Source: Chthoniobacteraceae bacterium
GTDB lineage: Bacteria; Verrucomicrobiota; Verrucomicrobiia; Chthoniobacterales; Chthoniobacteraceae
Reading direction: 5' to 3'
DNA length: 64,000 bases
Assembly: GCA_031409335.1 (NCBI GenBank)
Contig: JANNWY010000071.1
Location: forward strand, 1 to 64,000
The translations under genes were made by a program, and so were the position numbers. The notes under the pieces were generated by a model. It was not told the origin of the DNA, did not search any database, and saw only the letters and a list, made by a program, of their open reading frames with translations. Numbering within the stretch: position 1 is the stretch's first letter; every line of letters starts with the position of its first letter. Positions 8,749 through 19,264 of this stretch are shown piece by piece.

Positions 8749-9114
8749 TTACTTTTTCAACGGAGCAGGGACGCCAGCGGACCCCGCCGGACGAATCTGC
8801 ACCTGCCCGATCAGCGTCGCCCCGTCCGCCATCACGAGGCGCGATGTATTCAAATTTCCGTTGAGCTGCGCCGAAGCGTGCAGCTCGCACTTGCCGGTTA
8901 CCGTCACGTTGCCATTCACGATCCCGGCGACGGAAAGTGCGTCGCACTCGATGTTGCCGTCGATCTTCGCGGAGGAGCCGAGTAAAAGCGTGCGGCCCTT
9001 GATGTTTCCGCCGCTGAGCTTGCCGTCGAAAGCCAGTTCGCCCTTGAAGGAAATGGAGCCGATGATTTGCACATCGCTCGCGGCGACGCTTTTGCTTTCG
9101 TGAGATTCAGACAT
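8749..9114 (-). CDS. Bactofilin (polymer-forming cytoskeletal protein)
   Basis: 121 aa beta-helical pattern IIGSISFKGELAFDG..IDGNIEC..GIVNGNV..LNGNL..LVMADGATLIG. Confidence 0.85.
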   Translation of the reverse strand: MSESHESKSVAASDVQIIGSISFKGELAFDGKLSGGNIKGRTLLLGSSAKIDGNIECDALSVAGIVNGNVTVTGKCELHASAQLNGNLNTSRLVMADGATLIGQVQIRPAGSAGVPAPLKK

Positions 9115-9197
9115 TGGGCGGTTTGGTATTCGTCTCCCTTGCGGTTGTCAATCGTCGTTCGGCCAACCCATTCACCGCACCGGTTGCTGCGCGCAAT

Positions 9198-12100
9198 CTA
9201 TTCCAGACGCCTCACCCGATAAAAGCGCTTCGAGACTCCGCCTGCGCTGTCGTTGATGGAGGAAGATTCGCCGGTTGCTGTGACGTCTGGCAAGATGGGC
9301 ACCCAGGGCACCATGAGGTTGTCGTTGAACTCCACGCGGTAGATACGACCCGGGATGGTGGTCCAAGTCAGGCCAAATGTGCCGTTGGTGAGAGAGTAGT
9401 TGGTGATCTTCATTGGCCCAGCGAGGGTGTTGGGAAAGCGCGGGGTCCAATTGGGCATCGGATAGACGGCATTGACGTTGCCGTCAGGGAAGAGGCCCTG
9501 ACTGATCTTTTCAGTCTGCATTCCGAACGCAAGGGTGTGCTGGGCCACGCCGCTCGCGTTGTAAAGGCCGATGAATTCTCCGTCACCCCTCAGTTGAAAC
9601 GCGGCGTGCAGGCCATTGCCTGGCGTGTTTTGCGCCACTTCATTGTCGGCCCAGATGACGAGGAAACCCATGGGTGCGATGGTCGTTCCCGCCGGGAAGA
9701 TCCATTTCGCAGGCAAAGCCAGATCATCCGTGAGGGTGTAACCTGACAGGTTCACGGCGGTGGCGTTTGGGTTGTAGAGTTCGATCCAGTCTTGGAAGAG
9801 TCCATCCGCGGGATCGGCGTAGCCGTCGGGTCCGGCGTTGTCGGCCATCCACTCGTTGATCTTCACAGGTTGCGGCGCGCCTGCGCCGGTGTTCGTGACA
9901 GTGATAGTGTCCGTCGCGACGTTGATCGGAACTCCGTAGCGGTCCACTCCCTGGACACTGAGGAAATTGACTCCGCTGGCGAGGGGAATCGAGACGGACC
10001 ACGCCGTGCGCGAGGTCCAGGTAATTGGATACGCGATGCCACTCACCATGATTGTCTGCACCGTTAGATTGGCCGTGCCGGTCAACGTGAAGGGACTGCC
10101 TGCGGTGCTGGTGTTGTTACCGCTATTCGTAGTGATGGCAAAGGCGGTGGCCGGAGGCACCGCGGCATTGACGGCATTGGTGATAACCGTGTTCCGCTGG
10201 CCGACGAATGCGAGGTGGCTGGCAAATGGCTGCGCGGGCAATAGGGTGCCAAACTGATTGGCCCAGCGGCTCAGATAGCTCGTGTTGTGGGTCGTGGCCA
10301 TGATGTCCAGCAGATGGCTGAAGTAGGTCCGGGCATGAGCCGGAATGGCGATGATTTTGTTAAGTTCGCCATTAGGGTAAATGCCGCGGTTGGCATCGTG
10401 GAAGGCATCCATGTCGTGGGGAAAGAACAGCATCTTTCCGTCCGACGGGCGCGCGTAGAACTGCACATTGTGCTGCGAACCGTCGCCGCCGTAGCTGTCG
10501 CCGGCACCGGAGAGCACGTTCACTGCCGTGCCGCGCAGCCACTGGTCCACGTCCAGATAGGTCGTGATGTTGTTTGTGAACGCGGAGCCAGTGGTGGCCA
10601 TCCACTTGGCCCAGGGGATCACGCGGCTGTAGTCGTCGCGGTCTTCGTTGTTCTTGATGAGAAAGGCCCAGCGATAGCCTTCCTTGTCATTGCCAAGATC
10701 GCGGATGGCGGTGCCCACCACGGAGTCGGGCGCGGGGACTTTGTTGCCTTCCGGTGTGCCGTTGTCAGTTGAGTTTAACTGATAGACCAGTTCGTATTCG
10801 AAAACCATGCCATCGCTGCCATTGGCATACTGATCGTCGAGGAAGACATCGGTGTAGCGGGCGAGTTGCAGTTCCGCCGATCCGGTCTGCGCGGCCTGCG
10901 GCGCGATGACCTGAATGAGGTCATGGTATTTCGTCGGCACGCCGCCGCAGTGGTTGAGCACTTGATGCATCAGCATTTCCCGCTGCCCGAAGCCCGTGCT
11001 TTCCGATCGGTCAATGGCCACACTGCGATGCACCCCGCGGAAAAGCTGCTCGGAGTTGAAGCCAATGTTGAAACCCAGACGCAGCGGTTCCGTGCGGCTG
11101 TGCTCGCTGCCTTTCAGGCGCAGGCCGACGTTGTAGAAGATTTCGCGCTCGTCGTAGATGACCGTCGCTCCAAGGCGCTGATTGCTCATCAGATTGATGG
11201 TCGCGTGCATGGTGCTGGCATCCGCCGTGAGCATCACGAGGCGCACGTTGTGGAGGCCATTGGTCTTGGCCTGACCGTCATTCACTTTGTAGAGCGCGCG
11301 CGAATTCGGACCCGCTGCGGGGAAGGTGGACATCAGGTTCAGCGAATCGGTGCCTTCCACGTAGAACTGCACGATCTTACCGGTAATCTGGCCGGGAAGG
11401 ATGGCGCTGTAGCGTGTTCCATTCGCGGTCATGGACTGGCTGGTCCACGCGCCGCCATCGGGGCGGGACCAGAGCGTCATGGCGGTGATGTTGTCAGGAT
11501 CGGTGGCCGTCACGGACACAGTCACGGGGACTTGGGCTGCGGGCACAGCGGGTTCATGGCGGAGACCGGAGTAAGTCGGGCCGACGTTGGCCGTGAAGGC
11601 CGTGTTCACCGTGCCGGGAGTGCCATACTGAGCATGACCGTCGAGCACCGTGGTTTTTGCGAGGCGGTTGAAATACAAACGCGTGCTAAGCTGGCGGCAG
11701 CCATTGATCCACTTGGCGCGGTAGGATATGCGATAGGTCCTTCCGTTCACCACATCGCGGCTGGAGGCGAAGGTAGTTTCCGCGTGATTGCTCATGTGCT
11801 CGGTGCTGCCGGTGCTCACCAATCGCAGCACTTTGTTTCCGGGCTGATTCGGGTCATCAATGACGGTGCCGCCATGGTTTCCGATGATCCGCCATTTCGT
11901 GGGTGTCGTGGTGAACGTGCCATTCTGCAGCATCTGGAAAGGGGTGGTCGCGGGAGACTCGACTACGCTGATGTCATCCAGCAGCACCTCGCCCTTGTCC
12001 ATCAGACCCAGCACGAACTCCTTCCACTGCCCATCGGGTCCGAAGGAGCTGGCCGCGGCCACGCCTTCGTAACTGTAGGTCTGCCATGCGGAGCGGCTGG

Positions 12101-14702
12101 TCTCGTTGCTGGCGGCCCAGTTCTCTCCGGCGGAGTTATCCGCGCGGGGATCGCGGAGTTCGAGGCTGGAGCCACCGCTGTCCGCGGCTTCGGGCCAGCG
12201 CCCGTCGTCGTAGTAATGGACGGTGTCCGCTGGATTGTCATTCGCATCTCGCAAGATGAGCTGCGCGCCGCTGCCCGAGAGGCTGCCGGTGAAAGGTCCC
12301 AATTGCACCAAGCCCGGGAACTTTGCCGATAGCGCCGCCGGATTGTTTGCCACGACCAGGTAGCCGCCGGCTGCGATAGTCGTGCCGCCGGGAAATGGGA
12401 AAGCGATGGCACCCTCGATCCGCCAGCCTGTTAGATTCACCGGCTGGGCTGTGCGGTTGTATAACTCGATCCATTGCTCCGGGTTCTTGCTGTAAGCAAT
12501 GGCCGGGTTGCCGCCGGAGGCGGGGACTTCCAGTGTAGGCGGCGCGCCATACATGATTTCGTTGAAGACAATTCCGTCCTGTAGGGCGAACGCGTTCGCT
12601 GCGCCGAATGTTGCGGTGCTAGGCACGAGGAATTCGCCCGTGCCATCCGGGGATCGGGCCTGTCGGCGGGAACTGACTTCCACGGCATCGGCCACTGCGG
12701 TGCCGGAGGGGCGCAGCAGGAAGAGCTTGTCTCCCGCGACGGCTCCGAAGCCGAGCATGGCCTCATCAAGCACGAGGAATCCTCCGGGCATCACGATTTG
12801 TGTGGCTAAGGTGAACTGTGCATCAGGCGAGGTGCCAGTGCGGCGGATGGCATAGCCGGCCACCGCCACCGCGGAGGTGCCGCGGTTGATGAGTTCCACC
12901 TGGAGCGGGCCGCCTCCAGCCGCGCTGACCTCGTTGAAGACCAAATGGTCAGGCGTGATGGCTTCCAAGCCTGGCGGACTGATTGTGGCGGTCAACGCCG
13001 CGCCGAAGACCATGCCAGGGTCCGGGGTTTCCGCTTGATGCACCTCCACCGCGAGGACGTTATTGCCAGCGATCAGATTCCCCGCGGGAAGTGGAATGTT
13101 GGTGAGCAGGGGAGCGTTTCCCACAGTGCTCGCCGCGGGCGTGGCATAGGTAACGCCACCGACAGGCATGTTATGGCGATACACTTCCGTGCCATTCAGC
13201 CACACCACCGCGCCATCATCCACGGCGAGATCCAGTTTCAGCAGTGTTTGCAAGGGATTGTCGGAAAAGGGGAAGGCCTTTCGGAAGTAGTAAGTCGAGG
13301 GACCGTTCGGAAGCTGAGTGTTCCGCAGCGTGTCGTTCGTGGCCAGCATCCCGTCGCCGCTGTAGTAAACGGCACTGAGTCCTCCGCCAAAATCCAGCGG
13401 TGTCTTGGTGGATGCCGCGAGTTCCGCGATCTGCGCAGGTGTGAGCGGCTGATTCCAGATGGCGACATCATCCAGCGTTCCATTCATGAAGCCCGCGCCG
13501 TCTTCGCTCCACGCACCGATCGACAAGGGCGTCGCGGCACCGTCGTTTAGAGCACCGCCCGTGGCTGTGCCCTGGGCCACACCGTTCAGATAGAGCGTCG
13601 TGCCTGTGGGTGAAAAGGTCACCGCTATGTGACGCCACGTTGTGCCGACCGTCGTGGTGCCGGTGATGAGCGCCGTGGTCCCATTCTGCTTCCAGACCAG
13701 CTTTGCGGCGGCGGGGTTGGAGGTGCTTAGCGCCAGAATATTGTTCGAGAAAACCCCGCTGTTTTGCCGGGCCAGGATCGCGCCGTAGCTGCCGCAGCAG
13801 TCTGCATCCTGGAAAGCGGCAGTCCATTTCGCCCACATGCTGATCGTCCCCGAGGCTGCGCCATTGAGTCCACCACCTTCTGGGACACTCACAAACTGTG
13901 AAGCTCCGCTAAATGCCAGGGCACTGTTCGCCGTGCCATTGCGGTCGGCGGCGGCAGTTACCGCACCGGAGAACGTGCCGTCCGTGCCGCGGGTGGCCGT
14001 CGCATTGCCGTTGAAGGGCCAGTAGGAAACCAGCGTCGCCCCGTTGTCGCCGGGCCAGGCAGTGTCATTGAAGGCTGGATCTTTCCAGGCCGTGCCGAGA
14101 TCCGTGCCGGTGGCCTCATGCTTCCAGACGCTATTCAGTGAAATGAGAGCGCGATCGATCGAGCTGGATTCCGGAATATTCCGCGCTCCCGGCGTGCCTC
14201 CGATGGCTACGCCCGACATCCAGTTCTCCGGAGCATCGCTGATCGTATTCGGATCGCGCTTCGCCAGCGTCGCGCCGGAGCCATCCGGAGCGGGCGGCCA
14301 TTTTCCGCCGTCACCGTAAGTTATCTTGTCCATGAGCCGGTCGTTGCGGTCCCGCAGTTCGAGCCTTTCACCGGCATTGCTCAGGCTGCCGGTAAAGGGC
14401 CCGCGCACATTGCTCAGGCCCGTCGCGGCAAAAAGAGCGCCAGGGTTGCTGGCGATCACCAGATAGCCATGACCGGGAATGATCGTCCCTTCGGGAAAGG
14501 TGAAGCTGACGCCATCCGCGATGTGCCAGGCCGACAGATCGATATCGATCGCCATCTGGTTGTGCAGTTCGATCCACTCATTCGCGCTCTCGTTGCTGGC
14601 CGGATGGTAGTGGATCTCGTTAAAGACAACCACGCTATCCACTGCCGCCGCACGGTAGAGCCCGAAGGCGAGCGCGAGCGAGGCGATGAGGGAGGTTTTC
14701 AT
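9198..14702 (-). CDS. Large secreted protein with lamin-tail domains, LamG and a CotH-kinase-like domain
   Basis: Likely start MKTSLIAS at 14702. Repeated VVFNEIHY/EWIELHN LTD motifs, LamG (WRHIAVTF..GTLDDVAIWN), CotH-like region (RLKGSEHSR..YLDVDQWLR..FPHDMD), C-terminal RFYRVRR. Confidence 0.85.
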   Translation of the reverse strand: MKTSLIASLALAFGLYRAAAVDSVVVFNEIHYHPASNESANEWIELHNQMAIDIDLSAWHIADGVSFTFPEGTIIPGHGYLVIASNPGALFAATGLSNVRGPFTGSLSNAGERLELRDRNDRLMDKITYGDGGKWPPAPDGSGATLAKRDPNTISDAPENWMSGVAIGGTPGARNIPESSSIDRALISLNSVWKHEATGTDLGTAWKDPAFNDTAWPGDNGATLVSYWPFNGNATATRGTDGTFSGAVTAAADRNGTANSALAFSGASQFVSVPEGGGLNGAASGTISMWAKWTAAFQDADCCGSYGAILARQNSGVFSNNILALSTSNPAAAKLVWKQNGTTALITGTTTVGTTWRHIAVTFSPTGTTLYLNGVAQGTATGGALNDGAATPLSIGAWSEDGAGFMNGTLDDVAIWNQPLTPAQIAELAASTKTPLDFGGGLSAVYYSGDGMLATNDTLRNTQLPNGPSTYYFRKAFPFSDNPLQTLLKLDLAVDDGAVVWLNGTEVYRHNMPVGGVTYATPAASTVGNAPLLTNIPLPAGNLIAGNNVLAVEVHQAETPDPGMVFGAALTATISPPGLEAITPDHLVFNEVSAAGGGPLQVELINRGTSAVAVAGYAIRRTGTSPDAQFTLATQIVMPGGFLVLDEAMLGFGAVAGDKLFLLRPSGTAVADAVEVSSRRQARSPDGTGEFLVPSTATFGAANAFALQDGIVFNEIMYGAPPTLEVPASGGNPAIAYSKNPEQWIELYNRTAQPVNLTGWRIEGAIAFPFPGGTTIAAGGYLVVANNPAALSAKFPGLVQLGPFTGSLSGSGAQLILRDANDNPADTVHYYDDGRWPEAADSGGSSLELRDPRADNSAGENWAASNETSRSAWQTYSYEGVAAASSFGPDGQWKEFVLGLMDKGEVLLDDISVVESPATTPFQMLQNGTFTTTPTKWRIIGNHGGTVIDDPNQPGNKVLRLVSTGSTEHMSNHAETTFASSRDVVNGRTYRISYRAKWINGCRQLSTRLYFNRLAKTTVLDGHAQYGTPGTVNTAFTANVGPTYSGLRHEPAVPAAQVPVTVSVTATDPDNITAMTLWSRPDGGAWTSQSMTANGTRYSAILPGQITGKIVQFYVEGTDSLNLMSTFPAAGPNSRALYKVNDGQAKTNGLHNVRLVMLTADASTMHATINLMSNQRLGATVIYDEREIFYNVGLRLKGSEHSRTEPLRLGFNIGFNSEQLFRGVHRSVAIDRSESTGFGQREMLMHQVLNHCGGVPTKYHDLIQVIAPQAAQTGSAELQLARYTDVFLDDQYANGSDGMVFEYELVYQLNSTDNGTPEGNKVPAPDSVVGTAIRDLGNDKEGYRWAFLIKNNEDRDDYSRVIPWAKWMATTGSAFTNNITTYLDVDQWLRGTAVNVLSGAGDSYGGDGSQHNVQFYARPSDGKMLFFPHDMDAFHDANRGIYPNGELNKIIAIPAHARTYFSHLLDIMATTHNTSYLSRWANQFGTLLPAQPFASHLAFVGQRNTVITNAVNAAVPPATAFAITTNSGNNTSTAGSPFTLTGTANLTVQTIMVSGIAYPITWTSRTAWSVSIPLASGVNFLSVQGVDRYGVPINVATDTITVTNTGAGAPQPVKINEWMADNAGPDGYADPADGLFQDWIELYNPNATAVNLSGYTLTDDLALPAKWIFPAGTTIAPMGFLVIWADNEVAQNTPGNGLHAAFQLRGDGEFIGLYNASGVAQHTLAFGMQTEKISQGLFPDGNVNAVYPMPNWTPRFPNTLAGPMKITNYSLTNGTFGLTWTTIPGRIYRVEFNDNLMVPWVPILPDVTATGESSSINDSAGGVSKRFYRVRRLE

Positions 14703-14717
14703 GGGTTGAAGACTATA

Positions 14718-14888
14718 GCAGACTGTTGAAGAAGTCGCGGAATCCGATTCCGGATTCCTGCTCGTGCTCCTGCTCTTGATCTTGCTCCTCCGTTTCACAG
14801 AGTAACGGTCCCTCAAATCAAGATCACGACCAGGAGCAAGAGCAGGATCAGGAGCAGGAGCCCGCGCCGAAATTTTTCAACAGGCTGC
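14718..14888. mobile_element. MITE-like element A: 16-bp terminal inverted repeats around inverted hexamer tracts
   Basis: GCAGACTGTTGAAGAA (14718) versus rc of TTTTTCAACAGGCTGC (14873-14888), 14/16 identical. Inner CTCCTG/CTCTTG tract at about 14757-14790 mirrored by a CAGGAG/CAAGAG tract at about 14817-14860. Confidence 0.7.
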
Positions 14889-14890
14889 CA

Positions 14891-15133
14891 GGGCGTGTTT
14901 GCAAACTCGATCGTCCGCCAGCCTGAAAGGCTGAAACAACACAGCCCAGGGCAACGCCCAGGTAACAACCACCCAACGGTGTCAGCCCTGAAAGGGCGGG
15001 ACATCCAGCAGTCATCTTGTTGTCCCGCCCCTTCAGGGTTATCGCCTTTTCCAACGATGACCCAGGGCGTTGCCCTGGGCTGTGTTGTTTCAGCCTTTCA
15101 GGCTTGCCGGTGACGGAGTTTACAAACATGCCC
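14891..15133. mobile_element. MITE/REPIN-like element B: long imperfect palindrome
   Basis: Ends GGGCGTGTTTGCAAACTC and GAGTTTACAAACATGCCC. Inner arm GCCTGAAAGGCTGAAACAACACAGCCCAGGGCAACGCCC (14921) with its reverse complement ending at 15103; central GCCCTGAAAGGGCGGGACA / TGTCCCGCCCCTTCAGGG. Confidence 0.8.
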
Positions 15134-15308
15134 CAAGTCGGAAACGGAACCGCTGCCTGAGCGGAAGGCTGAAAGCCGTGTGGCTTTCGTTCCCCCGTCA
15201 GGAGTGGCAGCACCTTCATGGAAACTGCCTCGTCCCTGCCCGTTCTCGGACAGTCTGCTGGATCGCGAACGAGTGGGTGGCCCAGTTTCGTTCATGTTGA
15301 CCAGTTTG

Positions 15309-18300
15309 CTACTGAAGCGGAGCGGTTTGCAGATCGGAAAGTGAAATGATTCCGGAAACCTCACCGGCGCTGGTCTTGCGTGGTGCTATCAAATAAGGCC
15401 ATAAGCCTCGCTTGGAGATCTGGCCTCCGGAGCTGATCGGTGTCCCATCGCTTAGTTTTCCGACGAGCCGCACAGTGCCGGCAGGCTGCACCCGGACGAT
15501 TCCCTGACCGGCGCGGTCGCCACTAGGCGCGGCTATTACCACATCCCGGCGCAGGGCGACGCCGGTATTCGCAGGGACTCCGGCACGATCCGCCAGAAAA
15601 TCTGTCTTCTTTTCCCCGTCGGTAATCGTCCCCGTCAATTTCTCCGTCTCGCCCGCGAGATCGAGCTGCAACGACACCGCCAATTTCGCATTGCCTCTGC
15701 CCCGGGCCACCCCGGCAAATTGCCTCTGTGCATCGAGCTTGCCGATGAGACGGTAGCTGCGGCCTTCATACCGGATCGTTCCGGTGAAGCGGCCTTTGCG
15801 AGTGACGGTGACGTTGACGATGCCAGGCTTTGGCGCACCGGCGACCCCGGAGTCGAACAGACCGATATAGTGTCCCCGCCCATCCGTGATGGGTGGCGTT
15901 TCTTTCTTAGCGAGCGGATCAGGTGAGGCCGCGTTGCCAGTCGCGGAGGAGTTACCGCCTGCCGATGCCGGCTGCGCCGCTCCGGCTGCCAGCGCTCCAC
16001 CCGGTGCGGGTGTGCCTAAAGTGAGCGTGCCGCCGTCTTCGATCACGATGCCGTCATAAGTCCCCGAGCTCGTCAATGTCTGTGTGTTCCCGGTCGGAAC
16101 ATAGATGATGATGCCATAACGTGAGGCAAGGTAGGCGAAGAGGGTTCCCCGATCGGTGTCGGAAAGCGCGGAGTCGTAGATGATCAATTCCGCGATGTCG
16201 CCTTTCATGCGGGTAAATTGATCCCCGCGAGTCCCGACCCACAGCGGCGCACCGGTATCTCCAAGCGGTGCGTTGATCTGCCCGTCTCCATTCGCGACGC
16301 CGTTCAGATAGTGCCGCAGCGTGGTGCCAGCCATGTCGAAGCCGACGATTGCATAGCGCCCGGCGGTGGAAGCGGATGCTGCGGCGACTACGCCGTTTGG
16401 TCCAAGTCCGTTGCCTCGGAAGACCCGCGGGATTCCGCTGCCCGGCGCGGTGTAAAAGTCCGTGGAAGCCGGCTGGTTGCCTTGCGTCTTGCCCCACACT
16501 GCGTTGAAACTGGCAAAGTCATCGTACTTCACCACGAAGAACGATGAGATGTCGCCCGTGATCGCCAGCGAGGCCGCATGGGCTACCGCGAGCGAATCGT
16601 TGGCCCCGTCAAAACGAAGGGCTGGCTTGCCGTTGATGGCATTGGGCACAAGGGTCGGACGCTGGTTGGCGATGGTCTGCGTCGCGTTGTTAAAGCTGCC
16701 CGATTGATCATTCCACGCACTCACCGCCCCGCCGGTCTCGGTCACACCCCTGTCCCCGCGCAGCCAGAGGCGCAGGTGGGCGAGATCGGGCAGCGGGTTG
16801 GGTTCAGGCGAAGTCACCGTGAACGTGATGGGTGCCGATAGGGTAACTGCACCCAGATTATCCGTCGCCCGAGCCTCGATGGTGGCTACAGAGGCGACCG
16901 GGAAATTCACCGACGCACTAAATGGCGCAGTCTGGTCCGTGGCTGCGACGCCACCATTGACGATGAACTCCACCTTCACGACTGAGCCACCTAGATCCGC
17001 AGCGTTGGCGCTGATCGTTACATCCACCGGCGCGACGCCAGAGCCGCCGGGTGTCGGAGCCGTGAGGGTCACAGTCGGAGCGGCATTGACCGGGGAAGCG
17101 AGCGGAACGCCGTATCTCGCGCCGAGATAGATCTGGACGCTGCGGAGATCCACCGCGGACAGCGCGGTGTCGTAGATCAGCAGCTCGGCGATGTCACCCT
17201 TCATTCGGGTGACTCCATCGTCGCGGGTACCGATCCAGAGCGGCCTGTCGGTGTCGGCAGTGCCCGTGGTGCTGACTCCCGTCCCGTTGGGCTGCCCATT
17301 CAGAAAATGAGTCAGCGAGGCTCCTGCTGCCGAAAAACCCACCAGGTCGAACGATCCGGCGTGGAGTGCGGCTGCGCCGTCCACGTTTGCGAGACTGCCG
17401 AAGGTGCCGTCTCCGCGGAAGACCCGGGGAATTCCGCTGCCCGGTAACGTGTAGAAATCGGTGGGTGCCGGCAGATTCCCGGCAGTCTTGGCCCAGACGG
17501 ACCGGAACGTGCCGAAATCATCCATTTTTACGACGAAGAACGAAGTGATATTGCCTGTGATCGAGACGCTTACTGAATCCGCCACTTGCAGGCTGTCATC
17601 GGCTCCGTCGAAACGGATGGCTGGCAGTCCGTTCACGGCGCCTGCGGCCACGATTGGCGCAGTGAGCTCGTCTGTGGCCACAGCGTCGTTGGCATGTCCG
17701 GATTGGTCTGCCCAGGTGAGCACCGTGTCGCCTGCGCCCGTCGTCACACCTGCGTCCGCCTTCAGCCAGAGTTGCAGCGTGGCGGTGACTCCCAGCGTCG
17801 GGGGCGCTCCAGCCGTGGCCGTGCGGACCACGGGTGCTGAATCCGTGATGCCGCTTCTGTCATCGGTGGCTCTGGCGGTGAAAGTATAGCTTCCAGCCGT
17901 CTCCAGCGTCACCCCGATGCTGTAGGGAGGCGCGGTGGCCGTCCCGATCAGGGTGCCATTGGCGAAGAACTTTACATTCGTGATGGTGCCATCCGTGTCA
18001 TTCGCAGTCGCGGTCAGTGTCAGGGTCGTGCCAGATGGGTGGCTTGGACCTGCCGGTGTCGCACTCAGGCTGATCGTCGGCGGCTCATTGGCGATGCCAT
18101 ACTTTAGCCCGAGATAGGACGCCACCGACGCCCGCTCCGCCGGGGTCAGGGCGCGGTCGTAAATCAGGATTTCCGCGATGTCCCCTTTCATCTTCGTAAA
18201 GAGATCGCCCCGCGTGCCGATCAGGAGTGCGGCATCGGTATCGGCCTCGATCACGTCGATGGTGCCGCTGCTCGTGACCGAGCCGCCAATGAAGTGCGAG

Positions 18301-18893
18301 CAAGTCGTGCCCTCCATGGCAAATCCCACCGTCTGGTACGTGGCGGCAGTCAGCGCCACGTTGCTCTGGAAAGGGGCCAACTGCCCGCCGGTGCCGTCAC
18401 CCCGATAAACCTGGGGGAATCCAGATCCCGGCTGGGTGTAGAAATCCGTGGGAGCGGGCTGGTTGCCTTGAGTCTTCGCCCAGACCGCGCGAAAGGTCGC
18501 AAAGTCATCGAACTTCACGACAAAAAATGTCGTGATATCTCCAGTGATCGAGAGGCTCGCTGTGTCGGGGATGCCCAGGTAGTCGTCCACTCCGTCAAAG
18601 CGCAGCACGGGTTTCCCATTCAGCGCATTGAGGATGCGCTTCGGAGTGTTTGGCACATCGGGAGCCGCCGCGATCTGGCTGGCCGCATCCGGGCTGGGAC
18701 TCTGGTCTGCCCACGAGAGAACGTTGTCGGAGCCATCGTCGGTGACGCCTGCATCGGCCTTCAGCCAGAGTTGCAGATCGGTGGTGACCGTGAGGGTTTG
18801 CGCGTGTGCTGCGTTTGACGCGAGTGAAAAGGCGAGTGAAAAGGCGAGGCAGCCGGCAAGGATGCGGCAATATGAAAAGAGGGAATGTTTCAT
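15309..18893 (-). CDS. Large secreted protein with three LamG-like repeats and two Ig-like domains
   Basis: Likely start MKHSLFS at 18893. Three repeats of LxLWLxxDxGV..RFDGxxD..ITGxIxxFFVVK..MKGDIAExxIYDxAL separated by Ig-like units (NxxPTxxL..V.F..NG..T.PxS). Confidence 0.85.
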   Translation of the reverse strand: MKHSLFSYCRILAGCLAFSLAFSLASNAAHAQTLTVTTDLQLWLKADAGVTDDGSDNVLSWADQSPSPDAASQIAAAPDVPNTPKRILNALNGKPVLRFDGVDDYLGIPDTASLSITGDITTFFVVKFDDFATFRAVWAKTQGNQPAPTDFYTQPGSGFPQVYRGDGTGGQLAPFQSNVALTAATYQTVGFAMEGTTCSHFIGGSVTSSGTIDVIEADTDAALLIGTRGDLFTKMKGDIAEILIYDRALTPAERASVASYLGLKYGIANEPPTISLSATPAGPSHPSGTTLTLTATANDTDGTITNVKFFANGTLIGTATAPPYSIGVTLETAGSYTFTARATDDRSGITDSAPVVRTATAGAPPTLGVTATLQLWLKADAGVTTGAGDTVLTWADQSGHANDAVATDELTAPIVAAGAVNGLPAIRFDGADDSLQVADSVSVSITGNITSFFVVKMDDFGTFRSVWAKTAGNLPAPTDFYTLPGSGIPRVFRGDGTFGSLANVDGAAALHAGSFDLVGFSAAGASLTHFLNGQPNGTGVSTTGTADTDRPLWIGTRDDGVTRMKGDIAELLIYDTALSAVDLRSVQIYLGARYGVPLASPVNAAPTVTLTAPTPGGSGVAPVDVTISANAADLGGSVVKVEFIVNGGVAATDQTAPFSASVNFPVASVATIEARATDNLGAVTLSAPITFTVTSPEPNPLPDLAHLRLWLRGDRGVTETGGAVSAWNDQSGSFNNATQTIANQRPTLVPNAINGKPALRFDGANDSLAVAHAASLAITGDISSFFVVKYDDFASFNAVWGKTQGNQPASTDFYTAPGSGIPRVFRGNGLGPNGVVAAASASTAGRYAIVGFDMAGTTLRHYLNGVANGDGQINAPLGDTGAPLWVGTRGDQFTRMKGDIAELIIYDSALSDTDRGTLFAYLASRYGIIIYVPTGNTQTLTSSGTYDGIVIEDGGTLTLGTPAPGGALAAGAAQPASAGGNSSATGNAASPDPLAKKETPPITDGRGHYIGLFDSGVAGAPKPGIVNVTVTRKGRFTGTIRYEGRSYRLIGKLDAQRQFAGVARGRGNAKLAVSLQLDLAGETEKLTGTITDGEKKTDFLADRAGVPANTGVALRRDVVIAAPSGDRAGQGIVRVQPAGTVRLVGKLSDGTPISSGGQISKRGLWPYLIAPRKTSAGEVSGIISLSDLQTAPLQ

Positions 18894-19264
18894 TTTTGGT
18901 GTGTTGGTTTTTGGACGAGTTGAACTGGCACTCCGGTTGGGTTCGATGTTTGCGAGTAGTTCCGGTCGGCTCACCTGCCGGGATGGTTTTGAAATTGGAG
19001 AGCTGGTCGCTTGATCGTTAGCCCGGTCCTCACGGCAACGACGGGTGTCCAAAAGTTGGCGGGATCGCATGCAACTGGACATATCTTTTTCTACTCTCCC
19101 CGCCCCTTTAAGCACAAGACTTTTTTCCTATCTCTTAAGTCCCCACTGAATGGCTCAGCGGAAGAGGGCGAAAAAAAAGAAAAAGAAGAGGAAGACGGGG
19201 GGCAATCATTACCACCGTAAGATTTCGATTCCGCATTTCACGAAATCTCCCTTCACTGTCGCGC

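Noticed and set aside
14703..15364. Small ORFs and the CotH N-terminal extension (SRSKIKSRSTSR)
   Set aside because: Translations of the palindromic repeat elements.
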